A stretch of DNA of 64,000 nt from NCBI GenBank assembly GCA_963733035.1, contig CAVTBU010000005.1:1408001-1472000 (forward strand), read 5' to 3'. The translations under genes were made by a program, and so were the position numbers. The stretch comes from Pirellulales bacterium. Lineage in GTDB: Bacteria; Planctomycetota; Planctomycetia; Pirellulales; PALSA-1355. The notes beneath the pieces were generated by a model. It saw only the letters and a program-made list of their open reading frames with translations. It made no database searches and was not told the DNA's origin. Below are positions 30,073 to 42,740 of the stretch, in pieces (the stretch's first letter is position 1; each line of letters opens with the position of its first letter).

Positions 30073-30654
30073 CTAGGGGACATAACCGAGTCTGGCTTCG
30101 AGCCCCGACCGCACGTTCGGCCACTCGTCGACCGTAACACTGTAGATCACGGTGTCGCGAATATATCCATCCGGCCGGATCATGTGCTTGCGCAGCACGC
30201 CTTCGCGAACCGCGCCTAGTTTTTCGATGGCCCGCTGACTGTGCGCATTGCGCAGGTCGGTCTTCAGCTGCACGCGTACCGCTTTTTGATCCTCGAAGGC
30301 ATGGCGAAACAGCAGGTATTTGCATTCGGGATTGACGAGCGTGCCCTGATGCGGCTTGGCGATCCAGGTGAACCCAATTTCCACGCCACGATCGGCCGGG
30401 CGAATGTCCAGATAAGATGTCACACCGATCGCGCGTCCTGACTCACGATGCACGATTGCAAAGGGGCAATACCCGGTTGCCGAACCGAGGAACTGAATCA
30501 GTGCCGTGAAGCCGGCGGGCGAAAAATCAGGCGGCGGAAAATGGTAAGTGAACAGGTCGGGCGAGCAGGATGCCGACAGATCCCCGGCGTGACTGGCTGC
30601 CAGCGGCACGAGCCGGGCCACCCGCCCTTCAAGCGTAATTGGCCGAATGTCCAT
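30073..30654 (-). CDS. GNAT N-acetyltransferase (RimL-like)
   Basis: EIGFTW, KTDLRN..SQRAIEKLGA..EGVLR. Confidence 0.9.
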   Translation of the reverse strand: MDIRPITLEGRVARLVPLAASHAGDLSASCSPDLFTYHFPPPDFSPAGFTALIQFLGSATGYCPFAIVHRESGRAIGVTSYLDIRPADRGVEIGFTWIAKPHQGTLVNPECKYLLFRHAFEDQKAVRVQLKTDLRNAHSQRAIEKLGAVREGVLRKHMIRPDGYIRDTVIYSVTVDEWPNVRSGLEARLGYVP

Positions 30655-30711
30655 GCCGCGAATGATAACGCCAGATGATAAACTTCAAGCTCACCAACCC
30701 CGAGGACATCT

Positions 30712-31056
30712 TTATGGCTGATAGCCGCGACGCGAACTGGAGCGCGTTTCAACTTGCGGCTCGTTCGAATAGTATGCCCGGCTGCCCGGCTGTCGTTCAA
30801 CGGCACCATCTTGCGGTAACATGCCACGACTTCGTTGCCAGGAGTGCAGCCGCTGCGATACCGTCGGGGCTGGAATCGGGCCCATGCCATATCCCAAATA
30901 GAGAAACCCGTTGTGGACGTAGTAGTTGTGATTGTTGCGCGGGACTCGGCAGTTGTATCGCTCCCGCGCGCTGCAGTTTGCCGCCTGAACCAAAAGGGCC
31001 AGGAGTCCGGTCGCCACTACGATGTTCCCCTTCCACCATCGCACTTTACGGTTCAT
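30712..31056 (-). CDS. Small exported hypothetical protein
   Basis: RBS and signal-like hydrophobic segment; no family recognised. Confidence 0.5.
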   Translation of the reverse strand: MNRKVRWWKGNIVVATGLLALLVQAANCSARERYNCRVPRNNHNYYVHNGFLYLGYGMGPIPAPTVSQRLHSWQRSRGMLPQDGAVERQPGSRAYYSNEPQVETRSSSRRGYQP

Positions 31057-31253
31057 CGGCTCCCCACCTTCGTTCGCCTCGTTTACAGACGGGCTGACTG
31101 CCCTCTTCAACAGCTTCGACCGGCCACACCTCCTACTGCAGACTCTCGCCGGCCAGCGGGCAGATCGGCTCTTGGTGTACCTCGTCGCACGCGATGTGCC
31201 GCTTGTAGCGATTCACGTGTCACCAGCCCATCGGCGAACGGTGCGTCCTACGG

Positions 31254-33641
31254 CTAGCGTTCGAGTAGCTGTCCCATGGCAAGCTCTGCCAGCAGTTCAT
31301 CATCCGGTGAGGACTCGGCCGGGCGCAGCTCGGTCCCGGCGATTTTGTCCAAAACGAGCTCGTTTACTTCCCATGCGCCTGTCCGTGGTTCAGAGGTGAC
31401 ATCCGCTCGCCGAAGAATCAAACTAGCCGAGACACTCGTTGTCGCTTCTTGGCCCACAGGTAACTCGTTATCGCGCAGGGCCAATGCCGCCGCAACGGCC
31501 GCATGGCTCTCGTCCGCCGATGCGGACGCCGTTGCAACCGGTGATGGTGCGAGAGAGAGCATGTAGAGATACCCACCGTTTGTGCGTGCTATGATTTGAT
31601 CGTCGGCGTTGACGAGCCCATTTCGATCAAAGTCGCGAATGTTGGTTACGCTCTGGCCGAAGGCCAGATGAATTCGCGCGCTGATCTCGTCCACGGCATT
31701 CGTCACGGCAATCGTCGAAGATGCACCTTCGCCGGTATCTCCCACACGATTGCCGAAATAGAAAACATCGGGCGTTACCAGTCCGGTGTGTGAATTGGCG
31801 GCCGCAGTAACTTCAAGCCAGGTATTTTTGACGGCGCCGTCGTCCCAAATGATTTCTACGCGGTCGGCTCCCGATTCTCCGGCACCCGGACGAACCGAAA
31901 TCGCCGTCGGGCTCGGTGCCGCCAACCACGTGGCCGGCGAATTGTTCGTACCCATACGAAATGTGAAGTCATCGGCACTAATCGTGCCATGCGAACCGGC
32001 CAGATCGAGCATCACACCGTTAATCCCACGCGAGTAGCTAGAAATGTTGCCGAACGTGGAGATATTTAAGGTTCCTGGCAGGTAGGCCTGCTTGTCCGTT
32101 GCAATGGCACCATCATCCAGCGCACTGATTTCGGCCGTATTCCCGTCGAACGTGGAGTTGTTGTAAAAGAGCTCTCGAGCAGCAACCGTCGAGGTCAACT
32201 GGCTAAAATAGTCGTGCGGATAGTGCTGCGCCTGGAACACGAAATTGACGAATAATGAGTTGATGAGTGGGTCGGGAACTCCCAACGGCGGAATCGGATC
32301 CTCGGGGCCCAACATCACGTCGCCGGCATAAGGATTTACGTACTTCCACACCTCCTGACCGGCGGGCGTGATTTCCGTCATATTGCCGTTAACGCCGTAT
32401 GTGATAAACGTGTTGCCGTTCGGCAAGCGAATCGCCCCGGAAATGATCGCCGAAAAATTGGCCAACGGCGCTGTATACGTCCACGTCGGGCTGGCCGGTC
32501 CCCAAGCCTGGCCAGTATCCAACGTGTAGTTACCGTCTGACTGGAGCGGCGGGGTGATTTCCACGACCTGCGAGAAATCCGTTCCCGGGCGGCCGACGCC
32601 GTTGTTGAAAACGGTAATGTCGCCGGCGCCCGGCGCTCCATCGGGAATCCACCGGACGTCGTGCTGGTAGTAAAGCAGGCGATCGCTCGCATCGCCGCGA
32701 TCGTAGGTCTGTGGATTTCCCCAACGGAAGAGCAGATCGCCGCCGTGCCCCGCGTTGCCGCCCGTATGTCCAGCTGCCTCCGCGGTCGTGGTGCTGTGGT
32801 CAATGATCCAGAACTCGCTAAATTCACGCGAAGAGAGCGCGATTTGATCGAGGTCGGGGTTATAAGAAATTCCATTGGCGTGCGTCCAATCCTCGGCCTG
32901 ACCGCCGCCGTCACTAAACGATGACACATAGTTGACGTTGATCAATTGCGGATTGTCTTGGACGCCGGTAGGCCCGTAGTAGTTGGACTTCGTCGGGGCA
33001 AAGTCCTGCACGAGATGATCCCAAATGTGCCATTCCCAGACGATCGTGCCGCCGCCGTTAACATAGTCGGGCTGCACTTCGACGATGTGGTCGGGGTAGA
33101 GATACCCGGCGCCCGGCAGACTCGGATCACGTCCGGCCTGTGTCGCCTCGGCTTCGCTCTTGTATTCCCAAGCAACCAACAGGATGTTGCCGTTGGGCAT
33201 AATTTCGAAATCGTGATGCGCCAAGTGTTGCGGGCTATCGTAGGCGAACTCCCAGGTCTTGTTTCCGTTCCAATCGAAGCGTTCCAGCAACCCACCGGAG
33301 CCGGCCGCATTAATGAACCCATTGCCACTCTGGCCGTGCGGAGATGCGTCGCGAATCAGGCTGCCATCCGGCAGCAGGTGGCCCAACAAGCCCGGCACGT
33401 ACTGCGAATCCCAAGAATTGACCACCTCGCCGTCTTTGTTGATCAAATAGGTCGTGTTTGCCGTATTCGGTGCGAACAAGACGTAGCCGTCGGCCGCCTC
33501 GGCATCATGAAAGAAAAGCCCTGTCGTTTGCGCGAGCATCAAGCGATCTTCGAGCGGCTCTTTGGCAAGTCGTCGTTTCGGCGCCACGCGATTAGGACGC
33601 GTCCCGCACGCCCGCCCGGTGCCGCGCTGCTTTGCACGCAT
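31254..33641 (-). CDS. Aryl-sulfate sulfotransferase-like exported protein with C-terminal dockerin-like repeat
   Basis: LEDRLML motif, HHD, WTHAN, RWGNP, YYQHD; C-terminal domain homologous to the repeats in 14187-18977. Confidence 0.85.
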   Translation of the reverse strand: MRAKQRGTGRACGTRPNRVAPKRRLAKEPLEDRLMLAQTTGLFFHDAEAADGYVLFAPNTANTTYLINKDGEVVNSWDSQYVPGLLGHLLPDGSLIRDASPHGQSGNGFINAAGSGGLLERFDWNGNKTWEFAYDSPQHLAHHDFEIMPNGNILLVAWEYKSEAEATQAGRDPSLPGAGYLYPDHIVEVQPDYVNGGGTIVWEWHIWDHLVQDFAPTKSNYYGPTGVQDNPQLINVNYVSSFSDGGGQAEDWTHANGISYNPDLDQIALSSREFSEFWIIDHSTTTAEAAGHTGGNAGHGGDLLFRWGNPQTYDRGDASDRLLYYQHDVRWIPDGAPGAGDITVFNNGVGRPGTDFSQVVEITPPLQSDGNYTLDTGQAWGPASPTWTYTAPLANFSAIISGAIRLPNGNTFITYGVNGNMTEITPAGQEVWKYVNPYAGDVMLGPEDPIPPLGVPDPLINSLFVNFVFQAQHYPHDYFSQLTSTVAARELFYNNSTFDGNTAEISALDDGAIATDKQAYLPGTLNISTFGNISSYSRGINGVMLDLAGSHGTISADDFTFRMGTNNSPATWLAAPSPTAISVRPGAGESGADRVEIIWDDGAVKNTWLEVTAAANSHTGLVTPDVFYFGNRVGDTGEGASSTIAVTNAVDEISARIHLAFGQSVTNIRDFDRNGLVNADDQIIARTNGGYLYMLSLAPSPVATASASADESHAAVAAALALRDNELPVGQEATTSVSASLILRRADVTSEPRTGAWEVNELVLDKIAGTELRPAESSPDDELLAELAMGQLLER

Positions 33642-33796
33642 AACGATCCTCCCACGAGCCGACAATAGAATACATGGCCACCGGGCGACGAACATTCGCC
33701 CTGGCGTGCGTCATCATAGCAAGGCCCCTACCAGAGCATAAGAAAAATCCATTCGAAAGACGGGTTTTCTTGGGAGCAACAATGGGGCTCGACCGC

Positions 33797-35035
33797 TCAG
33801 TCCGAGCGCGGCGTCGAGCTTGCCAAGTCTGCTCCGCAGCGAGGGCACGCATTGACACGCCCCTGCAGCTCGGGCGGAATCTTAAGAACTGCCGGACAAT
33901 TGGGGCATTGCACGCGTCGATATCCAGCTCCCGCCAAGAATGCATCCGAAGCTTGCCGAAGACGCTGAGGTGGCGTGGTCATTTGTTCCGATGCGACGGG
34001 CGCGATTGCAGTGACCTTCTTTGTCTGTTCGAGCGTTTGCTGGCCGATCACGTGCTTGCCGGCGATCTGCTGAAACGCATGATCGTAGGCGGCGAAATCC
34101 GCGCTGCCGCCCATCGCTCGCAAGACTCGGATGCGCTCCGCGAGGGGTGGATGTGTGGAGAAGGCGCTGGAAAGACGGCGGTGCTCCCCACGATGCAGTG
34201 GCCGTACGATGTACATCGGAGCCGTCACACGGCTCTGATCCGCCTGCGGAGCTGTCGTTTGGCCCAACTTTTCCAAAGCTGATGCGAGTCCCTCTGGCCA
34301 GCGAGTAAACATTGCGCCGGAAGCATCGGCCAGATATTCGCGCCGACGCGATAACGCAAAATAGATGAGTTGTGCCAGGATCGGCGAGAGGATCAGCAGC
34401 ACGGCGGCGACCAGCATTAATATGGCCTGCGCACCACCCTGGCCTCCGCTCTGGCCGCCGCTGTCACGCGAACGACGCGCACCACCGCCAAACCACATGG
34501 CCCGCACACCGATGTCGGCCAGCAGAACGATGGCTCCCAACATAATTCCGGCGGTTGTCATCAATGCGACGTCGCGATTCTTGATATGGCCAATTTCGTG
34601 CGCGACCACGCCCTGCAATTCATCTCGATTTAGTATTTTCAGCAGCCCGATCGTCACGGCGACCGACGCTTTGTTTGGATCTCGCCCGACGGCAAAAGCA
34701 TTTGGGGCGACATCGTCCACGATAAACACCCGCGGCATCCGGGGTAGTTGCGCGGCAATTGTCATCTCTTCGACGATATTGAAGAGTTGAGGATGGTCCT
34801 GCTTTTGAATTTGCCGAGCACCAGCCATCCGCAAGAGTACGTCGTCTCCCTCCTGACGTGTGACCAGCCACATCACCAGCCAGACGACAAACGCCGCGCC
34901 GCCGCCAACCAGGGCGCCCTCCTGTTGCCCGGAAAAGAACATTCCCAGGGACATGCCGACAACGACCAGCAACACACCCATGGCGCCGACAATCAAGGCA
35001 CTTCGACGACGATTGCTCTCGATTTGCTCAAACAC
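33797..35035 (-). CDS. htpX: M48 zinc metalloprotease HtpX-like with C-terminal zinc ribbon
   Basis: PNAFA, HEIGH, SRRREYLAD, STHPP; terminal CPNC..CPRC. Confidence 0.9.
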   Translation of the reverse strand: MFEQIESNRRRSALIVGAMGVLLVVVGMSLGMFFSGQQEGALVGGGAAFVVWLVMWLVTRQEGDDVLLRMAGARQIQKQDHPQLFNIVEEMTIAAQLPRMPRVFIVDDVAPNAFAVGRDPNKASVAVTIGLLKILNRDELQGVVAHEIGHIKNRDVALMTTAGIMLGAIVLLADIGVRAMWFGGGARRSRDSGGQSGGQGGAQAILMLVAAVLLILSPILAQLIYFALSRRREYLADASGAMFTRWPEGLASALEKLGQTTAPQADQSRVTAPMYIVRPLHRGEHRRLSSAFSTHPPLAERIRVLRAMGGSADFAAYDHAFQQIAGKHVIGQQTLEQTKKVTAIAPVASEQMTTPPQRLRQASDAFLAGAGYRRVQCPNCPAVLKIPPELQGRVNACPRCGADLASSTPRSD

Positions 35036-35118
35036 CTGGGATCGATCTCCCTCGCTCCATCACGCACGTCGGCCGTTGCCGAACACAGCCTGCGTCGGGC
35101 TGGTTCCAGCGACTTGGT

Positions 35119-35676
35119 TCAGTCGAATTTGACCTGCGGCACGTCGCGCTGGGAAGCCACTTCGATCTCGAATAGTTCGGCCCGGGAAAAGCCACCGCTG
35201 ATCAGATTGGCCGGGAAAACCTCGCGGGCATTGTTGTAACGAGTGGCCGCATCATTGTAGGCCTGACGGGCAAACCCAATGCGGTTCTCAGTGCTAGCCA
35301 GTTCTTCTTGCAGCGCGAGAAAATTCTGATTCGCTTTCAATTCGGGGTATGCCTCGGCCAGCGCGAAAAGCTGTCCAAGTGCGGCTCCGAGCATTCCTTC
35401 GGCCTGTCCCGTTGCCGCCGGTCCCTTGGCCTGTACGGCTTGGTTACGAGCCTGAATCACCGCGTCGAACGTTTGTTGCTCATGCTTCGCATATCCCTTC
35501 ACCGCTTCGACGAGATTCGGAATCAGGTCATGGCGCCGCCGCAATTGCACGTCGATTTGTGCCCAGGCGTTGTCCTTTTCGTTCTTCTTGCGGACCAACC
35601 CGTTGTAGACCCCAATGAAGAACATTCCAACGACGACAGCCGCGACGATCAGCCCGACAAGAATCAACGGCGACAT
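35119..35676 (-). CDS. lemA: LemA family protein
   Basis: YNGLV, IDVQLRRRHDLIPNLV, EAYPELKAN and TENRI motifs. Confidence 0.95.
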   Translation of the reverse strand: MSPLILVGLIVAAVVVGMFFIGVYNGLVRKKNEKDNAWAQIDVQLRRRHDLIPNLVEAVKGYAKHEQQTFDAVIQARNQAVQAKGPAATGQAEGMLGAALGQLFALAEAYPELKANQNFLALQEELASTENRIGFARQAYNDAATRYNNAREVFPANLISGGFSRAELFEIEVASQRDVPQVKFD

Positions 35677-35709
35677 GATTAAGACTCCTGTAGTAGCAGG
35701 ATTAGAATT

Positions 35710-36138
35710 CTAGCGAGCCTGATCCTCAGATGCAGACGCGGGTGCAGCAAATTGCCCCAGGAAGGCGCGTACGTCCTCCAAGCCGTTTTCACTCGGATCG
35801 AGCGAGTCGGCCAGCAGGGTGCCCAGCTCGCCTTGATCAAACCAGATTCCGTGACTTCGAGGACATTGATCTAGTATCAGGTCTCCCGAGACCGAGGGAG
35901 CCCGCACCGGCACCAGCTTGCCATCACATCGCGGGCAGGTTCGGCGCGGAACGGCACGAGGCAAACGTTCTAGTTGTGTCTCAAACTCACGAAACCGCTC
36001 GTCCGCACCGGCCAGTTCGAAAAGTTGTCCCAACTCCTGGGCATCGAACCACAGACCGCGACAGTCGGGGCAGGCATCCAATTCGATGTCCCGGTATTCC
36101 ACGATGACCAATGGTTGCCGGCAGACGGGGCAGAGCAT
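35710..36138 (-). CDS. Tandem zf-TFIIB-like zinc-ribbon protein
   Basis: Two CPxC..DxCPxxxGxWFDxxEL units. Confidence 0.85.
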   Translation of the reverse strand: MLCPVCRQPLVIVEYRDIELDACPDCRGLWFDAQELGQLFELAGADERFREFETQLERLPRAVPRRTCPRCDGKLVPVRAPSVSGDLILDQCPRSHGIWFDQGELGTLLADSLDPSENGLEDVRAFLGQFAAPASASEDQAR

Positions 36139-36419
36139 TGGAACCACTTATCTGAACAGACGACACGTTGCCTCGGACGAGGATCAGGCGAGTAAGTTTA
36201 ACATCGCGGGCCATCCGACGCACGACGAGGAGGATCTGGAAACCGGAAAACCAAAGAAATGCCGTCCCACAGCAGTAAAGAAGGCATCACCATCTGTTAG
36301 AATAGACTCCAGTATGGGAGCGTAACCTTGTGACTGACCCGCTTTGGAATCGCGTGCAGCACCATCCCCGACATTCCATTTCCGTCCCGCCCGCTTCGAT
36401 CATTCCACGGCATTTTGCG

Positions 36420-38789
36420 ATGTCAGCTCGCCGCACTTTCATCTTATTCGCCTTATTCTTTTTGATGGCGAACGGTCTGCTATTCGGTGCAACGCCGTCG
36501 GTACAGTTTCATCGCGACGTACGATCGATCTTGTCGAACTACTGCTTCCGATGTCACGGACCCGACGCCGAATCACGCCAGGCCGACCTGCGACTCGATC
36601 TACGCAATGGACTATTCGGCGACGCATCGACGGGCGAGGCCGTTGTTGCACCGCAGCAGCCCGACGCGAGCGAACTGTATCGTCGTCTCACGGCCGAAGA
36701 CCCCGACCTGCGAATGCCACCAGCCGATTCGAAACTGGCGCTCAACGACCAGCAGATCGCCACGATTCGCAACTGGATTGCGACCGGCGCGCTATGGCAA
36801 GATCACTGGGCATACGTTGCACCCGTGCGGCCCACCGTGCCACAATCGCGGGGCGAAATCGCGAATCCGATCGATCGCTTCGTTCAGGATCGACTTGCCA
36901 GCGAAGATCTTACTTTCTCTCGACAGGCCGATCCGGTGACACTCGTCCGCCGCCTGTCATTCGATCTCACTGGCCTGCCCCCCAGCACGGCCGAAGTCAA
37001 AGCTTTTTGTGCAAACCCCAGCGGTGAAGCCTATGCAAGCCTCGTCGAGCGACTGCTGAATTCGCCCCAGTTTGGGGAGCGGATGGCGGTCTATTGGCTG
37101 GATCTGGTTCGATATGCCGATTCGTGCGGCTACCACAGTGATGTCCCTCAGCCGATATCTCCTTACCGCGACTACGTCATCGACGCGTTCAACGGAAACC
37201 TACCGTTCGACCAATTTACGCGAGAGCAACTCGCCGGCGACTTGTTGCCCAGCCCCACCCGAGCGCAGCAAATTGCCACGGGCTACAACCGACTCAACAA
37301 GACCACCGAGGAAGGTGGCGCTCAGGCGGGCGAATATCTGGCCAAGAGCGCGGCCGATCGGGTGCGGACCGCGTCGGGCGTGTGGATGGCAGCCACCCTC
37401 GGTTGCGCCGAGTGTCACGACCACAAGTACGATCCTTTCACGACCCATGACTTCTACAGCTTTGCCGCCTTCTTTGCCGACATCGAGGAACGTGGCGTCT
37501 ACAAATCCGGCGACCGCGAGCCGGAATTGGCGGTGCCCTCACCCCAACAAGCGGCTCGCTCGGCGGAGCTCGCGACTCGAATCACGGCCACCCGCAATCA
37601 GTTGGACGCATTGCCTGACGGAAAAACAACCGAGCGAGGCAAACTTGAGCAAGAACTCAAGACCCTGCAAGAGAGTAAGAAGAAGCTTGAAGCGTCGTTC
37701 GAGCGGACCATGATCACGGTCTCCACGACACCTCGCGAAATGCGCGTCTTGCCACGTGGCAATTGGCTCGATCCGTCGGGGGACGTCGTGCAACCAGCGA
37801 TTCCCGCCTTTCTGATTTCCGCCGTCCCAGGCAAACAACGCCTCACGCGACGTGATCTGGCCGAATGGCTCGTCGCCCGCGAAAACCCCCTCACCGCCCG
37901 CGTGTTCGTCAACCGGCTGTGGAAGTTGCTCTTCGGCGAGGGCCTGGCGCGGCAACTGGACGATTTCGGCGCTCAGGGAGAACCACCCACGCACCCGCAG
38001 CTGCTCGACTGGCTGGCGGTCGAGTTCGTCGAGTCGGGCTGGGACGTCAAGCACATGATCCGTTTGATAACCGATAGCCGTACCTACCGGCAGTCATCGG
38101 TTCCAACGACAACACTCGCCGTGCGCGATCCGCAGAACCGCCTGCTGGCTCGGCAATCGCGGTGGCGGTTGGAAGCCGAGTTCGTTCGAGATGCGGCCCT
38201 CGTGCACGGCGGCCTGCTCGTCCGCGACCTCGGCGGACCGAGTGTAAAGCCCTATCAGCCCGAGGGCTATTGGGAATTCTTGAATTTCCCGAAGCGGACT
38301 TGGAACGAGGATCGCGGGCGAAACCAATATCGCCGTGGCCTGTACACCCACTGGCAACGCACTTTCTTGCATCCCAGCTTACTGGCATTCGACGCTCCTA
38401 GCCGCGAGGAGTGCACGGCCCAGCGTGCCGTGTCCAACACACCACAAGCCGCCCTGACGCTGCTAAACGATCCGACCTACGTCGAGTGTGCTCGCAATTT
38501 CGCCGCCCGCATTCTCACGGAAGCCAGTAGCGAACAGGATGCCGATCGTATCAATTGGGCGTGGTGCGAAGCCGTGTCGCGCGAACCGCTAGCCCCAGAA
38601 CGGCAGCTGCTACTCAATCTCCTGGCCGAGAGCCGCGATCGCTTTGCAAATGAGGATTCGGCGGCGAAGGGATTGCTGAGCGTCGGTCAGACAACTAACA
38701 ACCTCAATGCGCCGTCCGCGGAACTGGCTGCTTGGACAAACGTTGCCCGGGCAATTCTGAACCTCCACGAAACGATCTCGAGGAACTGA
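36420..38789 (+). CDS. Planctomycete cytochrome c plus DUF1549 (PSCyt2) and DUF1553 (PSD1) protein
   Basis: CFRCH, CAECHDHKYDP, NPLTARVFVNR, PTHPQLLDWLA and SNTPQAALTLLN motifs. Confidence 0.92.
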   Translation: MSARRTFILFALFFLMANGLLFGATPSVQFHRDVRSILSNYCFRCHGPDAESRQADLRLDLRNGLFGDASTGEAVVAPQQPDASELYRRLTAEDPDLRMPPADSKLALNDQQIATIRNWIATGALWQDHWAYVAPVRPTVPQSRGEIANPIDRFVQDRLASEDLTFSRQADPVTLVRRLSFDLTGLPPSTAEVKAFCANPSGEAYASLVERLLNSPQFGERMAVYWLDLVRYADSCGYHSDVPQPISPYRDYVIDAFNGNLPFDQFTREQLAGDLLPSPTRAQQIATGYNRLNKTTEEGGAQAGEYLAKSAADRVRTASGVWMAATLGCAECHDHKYDPFTTHDFYSFAAFFADIEERGVYKSGDREPELAVPSPQQAARSAELATRITATRNQLDALPDGKTTERGKLEQELKTLQESKKKLEASFERTMITVSTTPREMRVLPRGNWLDPSGDVVQPAIPAFLISAVPGKQRLTRRDLAEWLVARENPLTARVFVNRLWKLLFGEGLARQLDDFGAQGEPPTHPQLLDWLAVEFVESGWDVKHMIRLITDSRTYRQSSVPTTTLAVRDPQNRLLARQSRWRLEAEFVRDAALVHGGLLVRDLGGPSVKPYQPEGYWEFLNFPKRTWNEDRGRNQYRRGLYTHWQRTFLHPSLLAFDAPSREECTAQRAVSNTPQAALTLLNDPTYVECARNFAARILTEASSEQDADRINWAWCEAVSREPLAPERQLLLNLLAESRDRFANEDSAAKGLLSVGQTTNNLNAPSAELAAWTNVARAILNLHETISRN

Positions 38790-38792
38790 GCC

Positions 38793-40256
<1,464 letters not shown>

Positions 40257-40296
40257 GCCTGCGGAAGGCCGCGACAGGTGGCAACCCAAACTCAAG

Positions 40297-40369
<73 letters not shown>

Positions 40370-41237
40370 TTGCGGGCCGGTGATCGATGCGGCCGGCTCT
40401 CATTTTGTGAACGCATCTCATTCTACTGTGCCTCCTCAGGGGCCAAAAAGGGAGCGGCGGGGGCGGGTAACGCGTGAGCCGCTGCTCCTCCGCGAGGTAA
40501 ACGCCATGGTTCATGTCACTGCATGCGCGAGTATGCGGTAAGTGCTGGCTCGGTTTCAAGCGCGCGAGCGGGCGCGACATTTTTTCGGCGTCGCGACTGC
40601 CCTGTAGGTTGCTCGCCGAGGGGCTCGCTCGGCGGCTCGTTGGCCCGGTTCGGAATTCGCAAAGTTTTCGAGTGGCCTTTTTTCGGGCTGAAAGTTGCGC
40701 GCACTTTTCTTTTCGCCTTTTGTGACCTGAAAAATGACACCTGTAGTATTCCGCAGCTTTCGCATTTTGCCCGATATGAAACATGACGGTCCTCCGAGCG
40801 GCCCCTGTGCAGAATTGGCCGACCGTAGGCTAGCCCAGGTGCTGGCCCGATTGATAGTGGCAAAGTTGCGGAGGGGCTTAGCTGACAATCCACGGCAGGA
40901 AAAATGCGGGTGAGATGCGACGCGCAGCCGCTTCGATCGAGGGCGCGAAAGCGATTGGAATACAGCTCGCTGCCGGACCTTGGACCGTGCCAGGTACGAA
41001 GCAGACACTTCGGGATGGCGCCGACACGAGAGGGCAACCGTTGACGTCCTGACCGAGGCGAACTAATTCCCGTGTTGATTTCCGGCTGCTCGGGTTCCTC
41101 CACTGGATTCGTCCGGTCCGACATTTCGCGGTGGGCATGACCGAAGGTGTGATATAGTGGTTAGATTCGAAGCTGTCGCAGTGGCAGCCTTCGACAAGGC
41201 AGTCAAGGGCTGCCGAAATGCAAGCGAGCCTCCGGCG

Positions 41238-41884
41238 ATGTACGTGCGATTTTCGCAAGCGGCCAGAACCATCATGCAACTCGCAAACAAGGAGGCCACG
41301 CGGTCGAACCATACCAATATCAAGACGATCGACATTCTCGTCGCAATCGTGGCGACGCGGGATGACGTTGGCGCCACGTTGCTCCGCGCGTGGCATCGAC
41401 TCAAGCGAGCTCAGAAGGGAGATAGCAAGGGCTTCGGCCGCTGGCTTAGGGGACGGTACGTCTCGCGCAAAAAGTATTGTTGAAGAGGCGATTAAAGTGG
41501 CGCAAGAACTCAACTATACAGAAGTGGATTCGGCACACTTACTTTTCAGCCTTTTGAACGACCAGACTTCTCTCGCGTGTCGCACACTTGTTGGATTGGG
41601 AGCGAATCTCGACCAATTGCGGTCCGAAATCCTGGAACGTCTTCCACCTGGATCGGCATCTGAACTCGCACACAGGAAATCCTTGGAAGTGCGGCTCCAA
41701 AACCACCCGCGCGCAAGCACTCAAGCAGCGCATCGAACAGTTGCAAGACGGACTTGAAAAGTCTGTGGCAGCGATGACTTTTGAAAGGGCGGCTTCGTAT
41801 CGAGACCAGCGACAGGCATTGGAGAGGACGCTGGAAGAACTCTACGCGGAATTGAATCGAGAGGAGAATGAGAATCGTCGCTAG
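41238..41884 (+). CDS. Clp N-terminal repeat plus UVR coiled-coil protein without an ATPase domain; frameshifts at about 41388 and 41710
   Basis: MYVRFSQAARTIMQLANKEA, second repeat AHLLFSLL, FERAASYRDQ, spread over three frames. Confidence 0.75.
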
Positions 41885-41907
41885 GCTTGAGCCGTGAGGG
41901 GCAGGAA

Positions 41908-41935
41908 AAAAGGGACGCGCATGTGCGTCCACTTT
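41908..41935 (+). terminator. Hairpin after the Clp_N gene
   Basis: AAAG-GGACGC-GCATGT-GCGTCC-ACTTT. Confidence 0.45.
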
Positions 41936-42011
41936 AATTACTCTCAATTCAGCATTCTAGCAGGTCGGACTACTGGCAGCGGTATGGGCGATAGCGGGCG
42001 ATGTTGTCCGA

Positions 42012-42502
42012 CTATGGCCTCGCCCCATCTGGAATATCGTGTTCCGCGATGAACGTTTCCCAGGCATCAGCATCACGCAAAAAGCACCAGACAATCAACT
42101 CCATTGGCTCGGGTTTTTCAAAGTGCGGGGATTCAAAGTCGACATGTGCTGGACATTCCTGGCGCACCAGAAGTTTGGAGAGTTGGTGCGATGCATCAGT
42201 CCCGCTCTTGACATGGCGAAACCGATAATGCAGTTCTCGCACCGCTCCAAGTGCCACAAGCCGCTGGCGGTGATACTTGTACTGATCGTAGCTTTCGCCG
42301 AGTATGTAACCCGCGAGGCCGTCGTGATGTACGTCCGGTGGATTCGCATACGTTTCGGTCCAGGCCCGTCGCATCCGCCACGCATGGTATCGAATTTGAA
42401 CTGGCTGCGAACACACGAAAACAATGACCGCGAGGCAGCACACACCACGAAACTCAGATAGACAAGCCGACGATTGCGTCGAGGATGAGAGGCTTCGCGC
42501 AT
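42012..42502 (-). CDS. Hypothetical membrane-anchored protein; frameshift at about 42442
   Basis: MREASHPRRNRRLVYLSFVV joins CLAVIVFVCSQPVQIRYHAW across a (GT)n run. Confidence 0.5.
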
Positions 42503-42559
42503 GGCAACCATTATAGTGCAGCCGGGGACCCGCAACGACGCTGGCCAGAGTCGAGGCCG

Positions 42560-42740
42560 AATGGGCCACGACTCCCCGATGGTCCGTCTTCAAAAAGTTC
42601 TTCAGCACGAAACAGGCGAACAGTTGATGCTGCGTGAACACTTTGGGACTATTCGGACGCGTGTAGAATGGCAGCACGCGCTGTGCCGCCAACAGCGCCG
42701 TCCGCGCCACCGCCGTCGGAGATTTACTGGTGCGTGCCAC
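42560..42740 (-). mobile_element. Truncated IS transposase N-terminus (IS4/IS5-like remnant)
   Basis: TSKSP..SPKVFTQHQLFACFVLKNFLKTDHRGVVAH resembles planctomycete transposase N-termini; no DDE core. Confidence 0.7.

Noticed and set aside
40370..41230. Several overlapping ORFs upstream of the tRNA
   Set aside because: No recognisable motifs or RBS, and atypical composition; left uncalled
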